Assembly (NCBI GenBank): GCA_000708835.1
Contig: DF237483.1
Location: 1-61,838 of the forward strand
Length of the DNA: 61,838 bases
Source of the DNA: Klebsormidium nitens
Taxonomy: Eukaryota; Plantae; Klebsormidiophyceae
Direction: 5' to 3'
The position numbers were made by a program, and so were the translations under genes. Of this stretch, positions 23,442 through 36,319 are shown piece after piece. The notes beneath the pieces were generated by a model. That model did not search any database and was not told the origin of the DNA. It saw only the letters and a program-made list of their open reading frames with translations. The number at the start of each line of letters is the position of its first letter. The stretch's first letter is position 1.

Positions 23442-24314
23442 AGAAATGAGGACTGATCCAGAGACATATCTTGCTAGCAGATTTACAACTTCATGTGTTG
23501 TTCACCAAGTTACACAGTTCAACTTTTCAACTGTAGACGTAGTCATATAGTCAGGTTACAGGAATATGATGAACCACTCTTCGGAAGCCTAGTCTTACGT
23601 TTAACGAAACCCTTGCTACCGGCAATTTCCAAAACATGGGAAACAACAGCCGTCTGACTGATGAATTTGCAGCAGTATCTGGGAACAGAAAAAGTAAGGC
23701 ATGGAATGCTGTGCATAGACATCCAATGCAACTTCATGATGCCATATAAGAAGGCGAACCCTCGCAGTCCGAAGGAATGGGGCACTGAGCAGTGGCTGCT
23801 CCTTTAGACTGAGAATTGGGCCTTTTTGCTGGTTTGGCTCTAGTCATTATCAGAAACAAAGAACTCGCCTTCAACTGATTTTTGTCTCTTTAAGGCGGGG
23901 CTAGTATCGTAAGACCGTCGTCGACCGATACGAACTTCATGATATGATGCAATTGGCGCAAGAGTGGTAGTCACGACCCGATGGTGGAATATAGGGGTCG
24001 AATCGTCGAAGATTGGAGGCGAAAATTTATCGGGCATTGATTAAGCATACTATGCACCAAGAAACGCTGATTGGAAGCATGTTACGCATGCTTCCTTATG
24101 CAACTTAATTTGAATAGGAAAAAAGCACACTGTTCCTCCCCTCAACAGAGTCATACGTAGCTTGCTTCAAGACCCAAACAAGGAAAAGATGTTGAGCTGA
24201 GGAAGACAAATCAGGATTCTTTGTAGCGGGGTACGGCTTGCCTGCACAAACGGACGAAGCAAAACCGATCCAAGGAGGCTGCTCAACCAAGCCTCTCAAC
24301 TACGACCAAAACGA

Positions 24315-27300
24315 TCATGCCAAAGACCGCAACCTTCCGCCGCTCCGAGACCACCCCTCCGCTTTCTTTTTCAAATCTACCACCAGAGCCGCCTCAAAGT
24401 ACACACTCAAAATCTCCCCCCCCTCGTCAAACTGGTTCCCGTGATACCCGCTCTCCTTCGCGTCCAGCAGAGCCTTCTGCCCTGGCCGGGGCGCCACAAA
24501 CAGGACCTTCTCCGCGCGCGCGGCCGCCTCCCATTTGTACTTCGGCTTGGGCCCCTCTCCCATCAGCCACGCCAGGTCCTCCTTTGAAAACGCGTAGCAA
24601 GAACAGACGGACGTCCCCTCTCCGTCCGCGAAGTTCTCCGGATCGTCGCATTCGTGCGGCAGAGTCCAATGGTCGCGGAGCACGACCGTCAGCATTTCCA
24701 CCGGGTATGCGCGAGACACCGCCTGGTAGAGAAAAAGATCCATGCTTGCGTTCATTGCGTTCGACTGCAGAAAGTGAGGGCCGGATTTAACCCAGTCCAA
24801 AACAGTAACTTCCTATTTCAGTGCCTTCACTTCTGAGGTGGAGAGGCCTTCAAGTAGCCACGGGACATAAGCTGACATTTTTTGGGTATGTATTGCAAGG
24901 GCCACTGCCTAGGACGGCCGGAGTCGTTACAAAGCTTCTGGGTGGCTTTTGACTGCGGAGCGGGCAGTATTTCGCTTTCTTGTCACGATTTTTCTGTCGC
25001 TGCAAAAGGATGCCCTTGCAAGTCATCGAGTCAGGAGTAACCTGGTAAAGCTCCCAGTCGGTCCCTTTGAGCATCTCCGGGCGGACCAGGTTGGCCTGCG
25101 TGTAGTCGTGGCTCAGCAGGATGGTGACGTACTCGGTGGCCGGGTCGAGCGCCCCGAGCGCTTCGACGACGGCCTGAGCCTTGCGTTCCGCCCCCGGCTT
25201 GTTCCAGGGGCCACCGGTGAAATCCTCCTGCAGAAATTAAAAGACTGAAGTCACGATTCTTCGATTTAGCAATGATAAGCTTCAGCAAAAGTAAGCTAAC
25301 CAGCCTAGGACGGGTGGGGTTAGTTTGGGGGTTTAGGGTGGGTACGGGTGCGGAGCAGGTTTTTTTGTGGGTTAGATTTTTAGCTTTAATGCAGGAGCTT
25401 ATTTTTGCTAGAGATTAGTTTCGCTAGAGTAAAGAAACATAGTAAAGTCTGCTTCTTGTCAAAATGGGCTTTTTTTTCCCTTGGTAAAGAGGCTTTGAAC
25501 TAGCTGTGAAAATTGTGTCTGTCTTTTGGAAAAGCGACGTTACCAAGTTTAGCCTCTCGTCTTCCTGCTTAAAGTCTGCTCTCAAGGTCTTTCAAGATCT
25601 CGTGGCGACCAATGAAACCTCTGCAGTTTTGACTATCTCATCGGTGTGTGATTTCCTGTCGTTCCAGATTTCCATGAGAAAGACTGGTGGAAGGTGCAGC
25701 CCCAAACCAGCGAGGTTCAAGGAGCTCAACTGTAAAGTAAGGCCCTTCAATGCATCAAAAGAGCAGAAGGTGTTTGTCGCTTACCTCCACTTCTAGATAA
25801 TGATGAGAGTCATCGTCGTAGGTGATCTTGTATCCAGTCTCTTGCAGATTGTGCGGTAAGCGATGGCATCGGTTGGGGGCCCAAAAGGTACCCCCCTTCT
25901 GCGCTTCTTCCTGGATGATGCTGAATGTGAGGGTCGCACGATACCCGCTTTTGACCTCCTTGACCACGTGCAAACAATCGCCGTACATAGCTGCCCACTG
26001 GACGGTTTGCCGGTCCCCGGAAAGGGGGGCAAAGTCAAACACGTGGTCGACCCCCCCATGAGAGACCACGAGCTCGCCTGCATTGCGGAGATGAAAAATG
26101 TAGCCCGGGCAGGTTTTACGGAGGTTTAGAGACGAATGAGGAAAGGACCACAGGAAATCTTGACTTAACCAGATCTGCTTTAGCGGATTCTTGATCTGGT
26201 TTAGCGGATGTTTGTCAGAATGTTTGTCAGAATACATACCAGTCTAACGTGGGAGAGTGGCATCTAATTCTCGCATGAGCAGGCTTGTTTGGACATATTT
26301 CCTCTCTGTGAAGGCAAGATCGTCCTGAAGAGTGTTGAGGCGTTTCAAATGGCCCAGTCGCCTCAAAGAAGTGGGGATGCACTTCACATACCCATCCGAA
26401 GGCTCTTGATAGTACTTTTCACATCGCGCAATATTGTTATGTCAATGGCAGAATCTTGGACAAATACGTCAGCCAGACGTGGTCTTTTCAGTCGCTTACC
26501 GCCTTCATGCTCCGACGGCAGGCAGACCACCAGCGTCCCGATCATGTTCTCCGCGTTACGGGGGGAGTCCACGTGGCGCTTGAAGAACCCTCCCTCCCCG
26601 TAGACGTTGATCTTGTACGGCAGGAGCGAAATCCGGTGGCCGTGTGCCATGTGCTTCTGAATATGCTCCATGATAGGCCGCAAGAAGATCGCCTGCGTAA
26701 GAACCATGATAAGACTGGTTTACGGTCGGGAATCATGAACGGGAGACAATTGGCCCAGGCCAGTTCGAAATCTTTCAACCGGAGTCTAGCGCAAGTCTCT
26801 TCTAAGGCAGACGTACTCAGTGCCTGTGTCATCAAAGCACATGTAACCCGTGTGATACGCTCTCACGCAGGTAGCGAAGATGTCGCAGGCGTGTTGATCG
26901 GGAAGCTGACGCAAGATGCCTGCTGCAACCGGCAACTCGCCTTCAGCATCTCCATGAAAACGTAGTCAGACCGCCTCAATCACTCAATTCTCACCTCAAT
27001 CAGGCTCCCGCTCCGTTAGGTTACCGCTTCCTTGCTGGTCATGAGTGTTCCTTTAAGATGCGTAATTCTCACACCTACGCAAAGGAGCTTGCAGATTACC
27101 TTGTAGTATTTGTAGTCCGGACGCGACTCTCCGGCAAAAGGATCGACCACCTCGACAAGAGTTGCCAACGCGTGCTGGCACCAGGCAGCGGTTGGCGACC
27201 CAGCTTGTGATCCACAGTCGCAGACGTAGGAAAACGACGGAGACTCCCAGTAACCAAAGCCTGCTCTGGAGGAGTGCGGTTCTGGAATGTTGGTTGCGGT

Positions 27301-29123
27301 GATCCTCGATTTTAACAAGCGCTCGCCTTCTGTGACCTGCAAAACCTCACAACGAATGCTCAATTGCACTGATGTACTCGCAGCATCGCCTTTAGTTGGC
27401 ATAACGCATTTGAACTCACTGATTTGATCAAATTGTTCCTATGCTGATTAAGCTGACCTAAAGAAGGCATAAATTCGAACATGGAACTCGCGGCTTTTGC
27501 ATGTTGTGACGAGGGATGTCTTGGTGGTTCTGGTCCACTTGCGTCATTCAATCACCGTCTCGACACAATTCGAAAGAAGATAGTTAGATTGTGACAACCA
27601 CTTTGTCTTCATTAGGAGACAAGTTAGGTGAAATCATCACGATCTGGTTCATGCTCTTACCCTCGCCTTGAACGTAGCTGTGTAGTAACCCTGACTCTCA
27701 TTGTGCCTCGACTTCTGGACAGATGTTTGCGTGATGGTCTGGACCGTGGCATGCCCCTTCAACAGCTTGAGCTTTTGCTCCTTGCCGAATCCCAAGCGGA
27801 CGAGAGTCTCCTGAAGAAGTAAAGATTAGAGAAGTCTTGTCCATCTTCCACGTATAATGAGTGAATCCTGTCTTGGACCTCGATTTGCGCGCCATGATAG
27901 ATATCAAGCCATCTACATGCACCAGAATCTATCTTCGATTGTCGCCTGGGTGTGCTTTTTACTAGAGATATTGTTTGCAATGCATGGTCCAAGCGGGTTA
28001 TCAGTTTCAGTTGGCAGCCTAGTCGTCAAAGCCTTCCCTTTCGCACTTGCTTTTGTAGCGACTGCGTTCCTAATTGTCTGCTTCTTATCGACAAAAGCAG
28101 AACGCGGAATTGGAAAAGCATTTCTTACCATAGACAGGCCTGGGACGTATGTCCTATGGTCATCGATGTGAGTATAGTCAAAGTCAAGATGGAAAAAGGC
28201 CTCCCAAGCTTTCCGAATGGAGTAGTTGACCACATTAGCTCCCTCCTTCAGGTCTCCAAAGCCCGCAATATTGCTCTTCTCAATGACGGTCTTAAGGGCA
28301 AGGTTCGTGATAGTCTCAGCAAGCGTGGTTTTTGGAGCTGCAAAGTAGGAGGAAAGAAGAGGTTGGTAAAAGCCAATCTGTACTAGCCCTCGTAATGCTG
28401 CTGAAAGTTGAGACGCACATTTGCTAGATGATAGTTGGAAAATATAAGCGATACTGTGAGGCTATAAACTCCAAAAGTTCTGGACCTGCCCAGCCAAAGG
28501 CAAATAGATGATTCAGAGCGCTGGCTAATGGTCTACGCAATCGACCCCAGGATATTTTTGAGGCTTTGATCAAACTTGGCAACAAAACAAAAGAATGAAC
28601 AAAATTACACAAAATCAAAAGGCAAGAAGGTCTTTGCCCTCGGATAGATTTGTACTTAAGCGAGTCTGGCCTCAAAGAACAAGCAGCCTGTAAGCGGTTT
28701 CCGAGTCAAGCTTTGAAAGTGCACTCGTAGTTCGCTCCAGGTTACTTTCGTTTATAATCTGTTCTAAGCAATGATGGAAATCGAGGTTTTTGTTCAAATG
28801 TACGTACCGGAAGAGGACGAGGTCAATGTGCATTCCTGAGGATCCCCATCCAGAAGCTTGACCAGCAAACTCTTCTGGTCATTGTCAGGTAGCTTGACTG
28901 AACCTCCACAGCAGAAGACGTTTTCCTCCGAAAATCCCTTGAAGAGCTCATTGACTCTTCCTGCAAGAAGACGCTCCTTTTCGCTGTAATCGTCACACTG
29001 GACTTCCTCAATTTGATTCACGCCCTTGCTCCGGAGGCTTCCCAACGGGATGCCAACTTCCTCAAGCTTCTGAAGCGCCTTCTGCAGCTTTAGGAAGTTC
29101 CTGACCAAATGAGTAGGCTCCAT
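24315..29123 (-). CDS. 2OG-Fe(II) dioxygenase (P4Hc/2OG-FeII_Oxy_3-like) with inserted SWIM-type zinc finger, copy 1, 663 aa
   Basis: Exons 29123-28808, 28337-28129, 27810-27661, 27336-27100, 26692-26500, 26077-25785, 25227-25042 and 24722-24315 total 1992 nt in frame. Catalytic motifs YKINVYGEGGFFKRHVD, IGTLVVCLPSEHEGGELVV, YGDCLH..EVKSGYRATLTF. Zinc motif CDC-x11-CQH. Confidence 0.88.
25300..25390 (+). repeat. Dispersed G-rich repeat, copy 2 (intronic, multiple G3+ runs)
   Basis: ccagcctaggacgggtggggttagtttgggggtttagggtgggtacgggtgcggagc. The host intron is 557 bp versus 290 bp for the paralogous intron. Confidence 0.7.
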
Positions 29124-29982
29124 CAGGGAAGAGGCCTTGGCTTTCAACTGGATAAGACTAAATGTGTCTTAAGCAACCTGCTCTTGAAAGAACCAGCGAA
29201 GACGAGAAGCGAATAAGCCGCTGCGAAGGCGGGGCCGTCGCCAAATCGAACATCCAAGATGCTGTCTCGCCTCAGCGGACGCCACAGAAGTACTGAGCAG
29301 GATAAACGAATGAACAAACACCGTTGTTTTCTCCGATGCACGGCAGCCGGGCGACACGGCGGCCGCCTGCAGTCGCGTCACGTGCCAGGCCGCCAGCTCG
29401 GCAACGCAGAGCGGCGGCACATTGCGCGGCCGCGCGCCGAAAGCCGCGCGCGTCCGGAAGAATTACACCGTGGCAGCGCGCAGGGGCCGTCGCATCGCGT
29501 CGCCAGGACCATTCCTTTCGTGACGCCCAGATGCTTCGCTGTCCAATACCTTCGGACCGCGTGCCTAGTAGTGGCATGCTCCGCGATTTTGATAAGTGCT
29601 TTGAACTTGAGGGCACGGAAATCATTGGGCTCGTTATCATCCGCACGTCTTTCCCGACAGCTTATTGGACTTGTATATTGAGGAGCTAAGCTGAACAGGT
29701 TGAACCCTGCGGCTTATGGTGGTTTCGACATTCTGAGGTGCTCCAGCCGCGTAGGTCACCCAATGAGTATGAGACAGTCAACGCGCAGACTGAATCAGCT
29801 TGGCGGCTAAAACTTGATTGTAGCTGTATTGAATACGAAGCCTGTGCATCTTGCAGACAAATCAAGTTCAAAATGTCGCCGCGCAAAAGGCAACATGCAT
29901 CCGAAGAAACCTGCTTAGACCTTGAGAACCTGCCGTCCAGACTTTCTCTACCGGGTCTCTATCTTCCTTCTTCGACTGTCCA

Positions 29983-32900
29983 TCAGACTTTCTTTGCTAT
30001 CTCGATCACTAGCGCTGCCTCGAAGTACACGCTCAGCGTTTCCCCGCCCTCTTCGTACTCATTCCCCGAGTAGCCGCTCTCTCTTTCTTCCAGCTTCGCC
30101 TTCTGCGCGGCCGTCGGCGCGACGAGCAGCGTCTTGCCCGCGGCCGCGGACGCCGCCCACTTGTACTCCGGCTTAGGTCCCTCCCCCACCAGCCACGCCA
30201 GGTCCTCCTTCGTGAAAGCGTAACAAGAGTATTTGGCCGCTCCCTGACCCTCGTGGAAATCCTCATTACTTTCATCCGGAAGATTCCAGTGATCGCGCGT
30301 CACGACCGTCAGCATCTTGACCGGGAAAGCCCCGGCCACTGCCTGGTGCAGCACCCAGTCGCTCCCCTTGAGAATCTCGGGGCGGAGAAGGTTGGCCTGC
30401 GTGTAGTCGTGGCTCAGCAGGATGGTGACGTAATCCGGGGCCGGGTCAAGCGCTCGGAGGGCCTCCACGATGGACTGCGCCTTGCGCTCCGCCTCGGGCT
30501 TGTTCCAAGGGCCGCTGCTGACCTCATCCTGAAAAAGGTCGACAAAAGCATATTCGGATTGCGCAGGCTTGAAATGAAATCTACTCTTGATAGAAGCACC
30601 TAGTACAAGCTAACAGGTCTTGCTGCGCACATCATCTGTTCCGTCCGTGCAGATCTTTCAATATGGCCAGATTGAAGAATGGATATTCACGGACCGTGCT
30701 TACGAAGCGTTTGCTATAATTGAACCAGACTTGAGAACCTGGAATACAAATTCAGCAGAAGCATCGATTATCATCTTGGAAAAACAGCTATGGAAATGCG
30801 GAAAATCCGGCTGCCCACCTCCATTTTCGGAAGGTCGTAATGGCCGACGTCGGCGTTGATCTTGTATCCAATATCTGACAAGTTGTCGCGCACACGAGGA
30901 ACCTCGGGGTCGGAGCGACAAATCCAGTAGGGACTCTCCTCCTCCTTCGGTTCTTCTTCCTGGATGATGCTGAAGGTGAGGGTCGCCCGGAAGCCCCTCT
31001 TCACCTCCTTGACCTCGTGCACGCAGTCGCCGTACATGGCGGCCCACTGGACTCGTTCCCGGTCACCGGAACGAGGGGCAAAGTCAAACACGTGGTCGAC
31101 CCCCCCATGAGACACAACAAGCTCTCCTGTGCACAAAAGAAAGCCTGTTGACGGGGCCGGAAAAGTGGATTGCTGGGGCCGAAAAAGTGGATTGCTTAGT
31201 TTTATCGCTTCAAGTCGTGATCGGAGACGAATATGGGCGGAGCTAAGAAAACACTTTGGTGTCAGCTTCATCCACGAAGGTGGGTTTATACTTTTCACAA
31301 GTTACATCACCCTTGTGAAGCAGGTGATCCCTGGAAGGTGAAAACGTTTTTTGCACGCTAGTCAGAGAAGCCGCATCGCATTATTTTTGAGGACACGTAA
31401 AGTAGTAGCTCATTTTCACGGATTTGCTGGCATGGAGCCACTCACCGCCCTCGTGCTCTGACGGCAGGCAGACCACCAGCGTCCCGATCATGTTCTTCAC
31501 ATCCCGGGGGGAGTCCACGTGGCGTTTGAAGAAGCCGCCTTCCCCGTAGACGTTGATCTTATACGGCAGGAGCGAGATACGAGCGCCGTGGGCCATGCGC
31601 TCTTGGATGTGCTTCATAATGGGTTGCAAAAAGAGCGCCTGCAGAAAGGTGGTAGATAAAGTCCATCAAGGGCTCTGAATTTCACCACGATCGAAGTACT
31701 GGAAGGAAAAGCGCACCTGCAGAGATGATCGGATGCAGATCTGGCAGCCTTCAGTGTGTGGACACTAATGTGGCCTCCGATGTTCTGGTTATTAGCGTAG
31801 ACCCGCGTTTCCTACGCTGTCCGGATTGGAACGCAACTGATCGCGATAGCTGCTTACCGGAATTTGGTGGTGCCTTGCAACCATTGGAAGTCAAAGACGT
31901 GTCGAAGTCGCTGCTATCAGTTGTTTCATGGAGAATCACGCTTACCTTGTTGTATTCAAAGTCCGGGCGCTTCTTGTTCGCCAACGGATCGACCAACGCA
32001 ACGAGAGTCGCCACGGCGTGGTCACACCAAGTCAGGGCCGACTTTGCTGCCCTTTCTCCACATTCGCACTCGTACGATAGTTGTAGGGCGTTCTTGTCGT
32101 AAAGGTCAACGTGAGCATAAGCCTCCTGGGGCTCCTCGACCTTGCCAGCAGTGACTGTTGTCTTCAGGGAACGGTCGTCTTTTGTAACCTGCAAAGCAAG
32201 GAACTTTTCCAGTCGAACTCAACACACAAGATTTGAAACATGCAAACTCCCAACTTTGGAAGTGTGATCCAAGCAGCGCATAGATAAATGTCAATCCGCA
32301 GATGCCTCTTTAGTAACTCCTTTAGACCGTTCCTGCCACGTACTGGATGGCCGAATGCTAACGGATAAGACCCGTGGTTCTGGTTTGCTCCTCACAAGTG
32401 ACACAAAGGAGCTCTGCCTTTTGAGGAGCAGACTCACAGGGGAGAGATCTCAGTTGCTTAGCAATAGGCTCACGTCAAGCAAAGCTCGCGTCAAGCAAAC
32501 AATCACTCACCTTTGCGGTAAAAGTTGCTGTATAATATTCCGGATCTTCCACGCTCCGTTTCGTTTTCAGTGCCTTTGTTGAGACCGCTTCGATCGTTGC
32601 TCGCCACTCCAAATGATCCAGCCGCCCTTGGCTCCCCAGTCCCAGACGGACGAGATATCCCTGAAGGAAAGCACTGCGCCCTTTAGAAAACCGCCAAGAC
32701 AGCAGAATAGATTGCTTCTGAACCAGCTAAGAACAAGCTGAGAGATGTACATGTGATCTAGGAAGTTTCAAAACGTACTTCTCGAAGAACCTTGTTCTAA
32801 AAGCTGGGCAAAGCCTCCTTACTTCAAATCCTACTCTTCATTATCCAAAGAACTTCTGAATTCGGAAGCAGTTAGGACACAGTATACCTTAGCAAATGTG

Positions 32901-34175
32901 AGATGAGAAGATTTGCAATTTTGGAGCCAGAACGTTATTGGATCCTGCAGTTTTCAGTGACCAATCGAGCTTGAGCTATTCGTTCCGTGCTTGTAGAGAG
33001 AGATAGCTTAGTAACGAGGTTGCTGCCGAAAGAGGAAATGCAGACGAAGGCAAAAACAGTCGGTCTATGAACAGAAGATGGCTTCTGAGCGACCGACTTA
33101 AATTCCGAACATCAATTCATTGATTCTTACCCTGGACAAGCCTGGAATGTAGGTCCTGCTGCTTGGCTTGTAGCTGTAGTCGAAATCGAGATGGAAGAAG
33201 GATTCCCAAGCCTTTCTGACAGAGTAGTCGACTACGTTTGCTCCTTCTTTTAGGTCGCCGAACCCTGCTATGCTGCTCTTCTCAATCACATTCTTGAGGA
33301 TGAGGTTCGTGATACTCTCAGCAAGGGTAGTGTTTGGTCCTGCACCGTAAGTTGAACAGAGCTAAGCAAGTTATCATTTTGTGGTCACTTGATTGGAACA
33401 GGGTGATACCTCAGCGCGCCCGCTAGCTAGATTGTACCTAATAGGTTCCACAGGAGTTTCAATCATGCAAGAATCTCTTGTCTACACACATTGATCATGG
33501 AAAGCACCATGCACAAGCTTCAGTGCCGCGGCATCCTAGAAGTAGAGGTTGAACAAACTCAGGTGTAAAAGATGTAAGCAAAGGGCACAGTATTCGGGAT
33601 TCACAAGTCTCAGCAGACGGTCTTGAAAGGCGTTTGGAAGATGCTGAAAGCCTGCAAAGCTCTGGTTCTCACTTCATGGTGACTGTTAACATTTTTGAAC
33701 GAGCTCAACTGCGTGACTTCTGACGAATAGGCACACAAGGTTTTGCGTAAATGTAGGGGATTGGTGCTTGTTCCTTTGGTTGTGGATCAATCAAAGCGCC
33801 TTCGTTGCGAGGAGCACTTTGTCTTGGAAGTTGGTTTTACTCACCAGATTGGCCAGTCTCTGTAGCGGACGAAGGCAGCGTGGAACTTTGGGGGGGCCCA
33901 TCCACAAGCTTCACGATCACGCTTTTCAGGTCATGTTCTGGCAGCTTGACCAATCCTCCACAACAAAACACATTCTTCTCGGCAAAGCTTCCGTAGAGCT
34001 CCTTGACCGTGTTTGCAAGAAGACGCTCTTTCTGTCCGTAGGTGGTGGACTTATACCGTTTCCCATAAAATGTCCCTTCGGTTTCGATGCTTCCAAGACG
34101 GAGACCATCTTTTACAATCTTCCTTAGGGCAGTCTGCAGCTTCTGGAAGTTCTGGACGAGAGACAGGGGTTCCAT
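29983..34175 (-). CDS. 2OG-Fe(II) dioxygenase with inserted SWIM-type zinc finger, copy 2 (tandem paralog), 659 aa
   Basis: Exons 34175-33845, 33339-33131, 32660-32511, 32188-31946, 31638-31446, 31126-30819 and 30528-29983 total 1980 nt in frame. RHVD and YGDCVHEVKEVKRGFRATLTF intact. Zinc motif CEC-x11-CDH. Confidence 0.88.
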
Positions 34176-36221
34176 AATGAAGAGCGTCTTGTGATGGTTG
34201 TTTAAAAACCGCTTTTTAGAGCCAGAACACTTCCTTCATCAACAGATCAACGTTGAAGAAAAGGGAGTCTGGTGCTCCGACGCGTTCACGCCGGCCGCCG
34301 CGAGCGCGCAGCGGCCGCCTGTTAGGCCACGATGGCGGGCCTGAGGTTTGCGGGCTTACTGCAAGTTGCGCGGCCGCGGGCCGTGGCGCCGCAACAATGA
34401 TCGTCTCGGGAGCAGCACCCGGCCGCGTCGTCGCGTTCCGCGCCCAGCAGCGGCGCGGCCTGACAAGCGCGCACGAGGCTGTCCAGGTGCCGCTGTCCGA
34501 TGTGCACGACTGTGCACCGACAACTTGCGCTCGTCAAGTGGGAGCAAAGCCTAACTTTGAGGTTTCGGTCTCGTCTGAACGTCATCAGTGTCATCATGAC
34601 TATGGGGACCGGCCGGGGACGACGAGATCGTTTGGCTTGCTCTGTCGCTTTGCACAAGGCATGTTGCACGAGTCTGCTTGGGATTTCCACGTGATCGGAG
34701 TAGATGTGTTGGAGCTGAATAGGAATGCTGCTTCGCTTTCTAGTCCTTAAAATTCAAATACACCTGGGGCACCTGCGGGGCACCTGCGCTATCGGGCTGC
34801 CCAAAGTTTGGATTTGGAATTGATTGCTCTTCTTTTCCAGGAGGCGCTCTTTAGCATACATAGCTGGACGAAGCAGCCTGCTGTCGTACTCACGGACATT
34901 TGAGTCAGCAGAAGGCGATATCTGAGCATTTGAATAGCGTAGGGTCTCACATTGAGAAAGCAAAGCTGTACCAGACCTTCTGTTTGGCAGGCCGACCGTC
35001 TTATAATGCTCAAGAACCCTGCAGACTAAAGAATTGCATCTGTCATCTTCCTACTCCACAACGGCAGCCACTCGTACTCCGATGCGCGGGCACGGTCTGT
35101 TTGCTTCTCGAAGGCGTTCTTAAGCCTTGCACTTTTCCAAAATGCCTTCAGAACTGTGTCGGATTGCAGGAAAGCTTATCAAGGGTTTCCAGCAAGGGTT
35201 GCTGGTAATTTTGCTGGAAAATGAAATATGCAGCATTTGACGACCCACTCACTTCTCAAAAGCCGAATCAAACCACCCATCTGGTGCGGCTGCCCCCGTT
35301 TGACATGCTGAATTCGGCAGCTGCAGGCGTGCTGCAGGCCGTCAAGTTCGACCACTGTGCGGACCGCATGTTTGTCAACCTGCGCGATTCGTGGTGCGGC
35401 GCCAGCCACGGCGATACGGTGGACGCCAATAACTCACCCCGGAATCTTCCACTCGCCCGAGTTTCTATCCAAGGAACAGGAGCGCATCGACCTGGGAGCC
35501 CATTTTAAGCAAGCAGTCCGGCAAAGAAGTGGGGCGACGAGTTGCCTTGACAACGAAACCGTATCCCCGAGTGGTACTTTCAGAGTACTTATAAGTTATC
35601 GAGGGCCTTATCGGCAGAGCTTCTGAGGGAATGAGCTTCTGAAGGATTGCACTGTGCCGCCCTTCTTCGTCAAAGTTTGAGAGGGCTGGCGGGCGGGCCG
35701 GGTACGAAAGAATGGTACACGCAGAATAACAACGAGAGTGACGATGACAAGAAGCAAACACGAACAAATAAGAATAATGATAAGATGAACTGGCGCCTTC
35801 TGGTACATCCGCTTTTGTCGTAAGCCATCGGACTGTGTTGGGATAAACCTTCTTGAGAGTGGCGCTGCCTCTGCTGGCCTTGTACGGAACCCCAAAGGAA
35901 CCTTCGCTCAATTGCAGGTGGACTCGATATTTACAAAGCTTGCCCCCCTGGACGCATGGCACGTGCGTGGGTTCGTGCGGAAGCGCCGCGAAGCGCTCTC
36001 GAGTGGCAGTACGCTCGCGCGCGAGTGGCAGTACGCGCGCGGGCACCTGCACTGCGCTGACCTATCATTCGGTGACCAGTAGCAAGGTGGGCATCCCCGT
36101 ACGGAAACCCTTCTGTGCAATCGATGACTGCTAGCCACCTTAAGATCATAAAAGCGGACAGCATTGCAGCTGTTTCGGTTTCGTTCCTCAGTTTCGGAGT
36201 GGAGAGAGGACGGAGCGGCAG

Positions 36222-36319
36222 AAAAACTCCCGCTCATTCTGCTCTTGTTTCGTGGCCGGTGTCGGTTCACAAAAACTCCCGCTCATTCTGCTCTTGTTTC
36301 GTGGCCGGTGTCGGTTCAC
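36222..36319. repeat. Perfect 49-bp tandem duplication
   Basis: aaaaactcccgctcattctgctcttgtttcgtggccggtgtcggttcac occurs at 36222-36270 and 36271-36319. Confidence 0.92.

Noticed and set aside
25325-25340. TTTAGGG interstitial telomeric repeat
   Set aside because: Single unit, better explained as part of the dispersed G-rich repeat.
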